A stretch of DNA of 64,000 nucleotides from a virus: the IMG/VR virus record IMGVR_UViG_3300020156_000022, positions 40,983 through 104,982 of that record; one strand, written 5' to 3'. Under the pieces are notes generated by a model. The model was not told the origin of the DNA and made no database searches. It was given only the letters and a program-made list of their open reading frames with translations. The position numbers and the translations under genes are program-made. Positions 62,497-64,000 of this stretch are shown one piece after another; the stretch's first letter is position 1; every line of letters begins with the position of its first letter.

Positions 62497-64000
62497 TCAA
62501 AATTCTCGTTCATACATCATTGCATGGCTAAGTCCGGCTGGTAATTCCACTCTTTCACCCATAAAAAACTCGGCTTTTTGGTAAAAAGCTTCTTCCCCGG
62601 CTTCATTTTCTCGGCCACCTTGCTCTACGGCTCCAAAAATTGCACAAGCCGCAGCATCCGCCAAATCCTTAGAGCCCATTCTCGGGTGGTCCACTTTACC
62701 ATTAGGGAGAATAGTTAATCCGAGAATTTCATCGATCAAAAGATCATTTCTTTGCGCTATCAGACGGCCATCGTACATGACATCCATTAAATTTCGCCAA
62801 GGCTCGTTTGTACGGTCAGTTGAAACTCTCTTAGACTCAATTCCTGACTTTTCAAGAATCTGCATCGAGTCACGAGATTCATAACCATCAAAGGTAAATC
62901 TCTTAATTCTAAATCCTCGTTTCTTAAGTTCATAAGCTAGTTCACGAGCCCAGCGAATCTGAATCTCTCGTGGAGGATTTTCCCCCTTAGCTGCTTCGAA
63001 TGCGAAAACAAAATCGAGTTTGACAATAGGACGCAATTCCCTGACGATTACAGTCTCACCATTTTCGACCTGAACCTGGGACTCGAATTCTTCTTTTCTA
63101 ACGACATGAGCCATAGCAATACCGGCTCGGTCTTGTGTTACAGCCAAATCGCCATGCATACAGTACTGCGCGCCTTTAATAGGCTTAAAGTCAGGAGCGA
63201 AATCATAATCCACTTCCCAAGAACTGCCTTCTTTTCGGTAACTGATAGTTACCGGTGCACGGGTAGCTTCCTGAAATGCTGAACGTACCAGAAATTCATT
63301 TCTGAAGAATGGGTTAGACGCCTTACTAGGCTTACATTCATACTTAGCTTTCGCCATGGCAGAATCTTCTTCGTAATCAGACACATAAACCTCAGGAACT
63401 AATTCTTCAGTTCCTTGGACTTCTACCATTTCGAATTTTAAGAAATTAGGATTGACTTTCCAAGTAGGGAGCGGGCCTGAAACATAATGACGAGATTTCT
63501 CTCCTCGCTTACTGTTATCTTCACGTGATTGGGCAGTTAGACGTTGAATCATAGAGCCAAGATAACGAGGATATGAAATTCTTACATTTTTGAAAGTAAT
63601 AGGGAAACGAGTAGAACTTGAGGTACGCATCATATCCAAAATACCTTCTACAGTATTTTGTGGTACACGTCCAGTAGTGTTTCCTCGAACCTCTTCCTTG
63701 GACCTGAAACCATCGATCTCGTCAGCTACTCCTAAAAGTAGGTTAAGACCTTCCTGAGACTCGGCTTCTGAGTGCCCTGAGATCGCCTCTACGTTTTTAG
63801 CGTAAACAATAGCACCTCGGGTAGGGGCAGCTTTATCTTTAAACCATGGAGACGTTCTCACAAGCTTTTCAATAGGATCGAAGAATGCTCGTTGAGCCTG
63901 TTGCGCATTCATAGCTACGTTAAGCAGGTGGATAGAGTCTTGCCCTGGCATACCGAAGTAATCCTGAGGAGATCGCAGACATAGCAGTAAGTAGGCTACT
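62497..64000 (-). CDS. Terminase large subunit (5' end outside window)
   Basis: Walker B VADEID, ISYPR, HGDLAV, TFDGYES, KVDHP..GSKDLADA. Confidence 0.9.
   Translation of the reverse strand, partial: VAYLLLCLRSPQDYFGMPGQDSIHLLNVAMNAQQAQRAFFDPIEKLVRTSPWFKDKAAPTRGAIVYAKNVEAISGHSEAESQEGLNLLLGVADEIDGFRSKEEVRGNTTGRVPQNTVEGILDMMRTSSSTRFPITFKNVRISYPRYLGSMIQRLTAQSREDNSKRGEKSRHYVSGPLPTWKVNPNFLKFEMVEVQGTEELVPEVYVSDYEEDSAMAKAKYECKPSKASNPFFRNEFLVRSAFQEATRAPVTISYRKEGSSWEVDYDFAPDFKPIKGAQYCMHGDLAVTQDRAGIAMAHVVRKEEFESQVQVENGETVIVRELRPIVKLDFVFAFEAAKGENPPREIQIRWARELAYELKKRGFRIKRFTFDGYESRDSMQILEKSGIESKRVSTDRTNEPWRNLMDVMYDGRLIAQRNDLLIDEILGLTILPNGKVDHPRMGSKDLADAAACAIFGAVEQGGRENEAGEEAFYQKAEFFMGERVELPAGLSHAMMYEREF

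Noticed and set aside
15548-64000. Inteins in RecA, polymerase, helicases or terminase
   Set aside because: Protein lengths are ordinary and no intein splice-junction or LAGLIDADG blocks were seen

Overview
A 64 kb segment of a large, fairly AT-rich tailed phage of siphovirus type. The host is most likely a filamentous actinomycete, judged from a DUF397 protein, a WhiG/FliA-like sigma factor and leaderless genes. Essentially all real genes lie on the minus strand. In transcription order (right to left): terminase (partial), portal, protease/scaffold, head decoration and fibre genes, major capsid, head-tail joining genes, a glycosyltransferase, major tail, frameshifted tail chaperones, tape measure and tail tip genes. 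Next come an SNF2 helicase, the sigma factor, dUTPase, DnaB helicase, clamp-loader delta/delta'-like genes, a family A polymerase, SSB and RecA, followed by a displaced tail-fibre pair. The last ~11 kb (1-11100) is a tRNA region with 19 tRNA genes (a 20th lies at 23594), interleaved with micro-ORFs and structured spacers. The most notable observations are: (1) five tRNAs are followed by exactly discriminator-C-ATG opening a micro-ORF with no SD, suggesting tRNA processing releases leaderless mRNAs; (2) several non-canonical tRNA-like, CCA-ended or pseudoknotted RNAs; (3) a GCCGAT late-promoter motif matching the phage sigma-28 family factor, twice embedded in switchable hairpins; (4) phage counterparts of the host developmental regulators bldA, bldB and whiG. 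All calls were made by eye, with no database searches.
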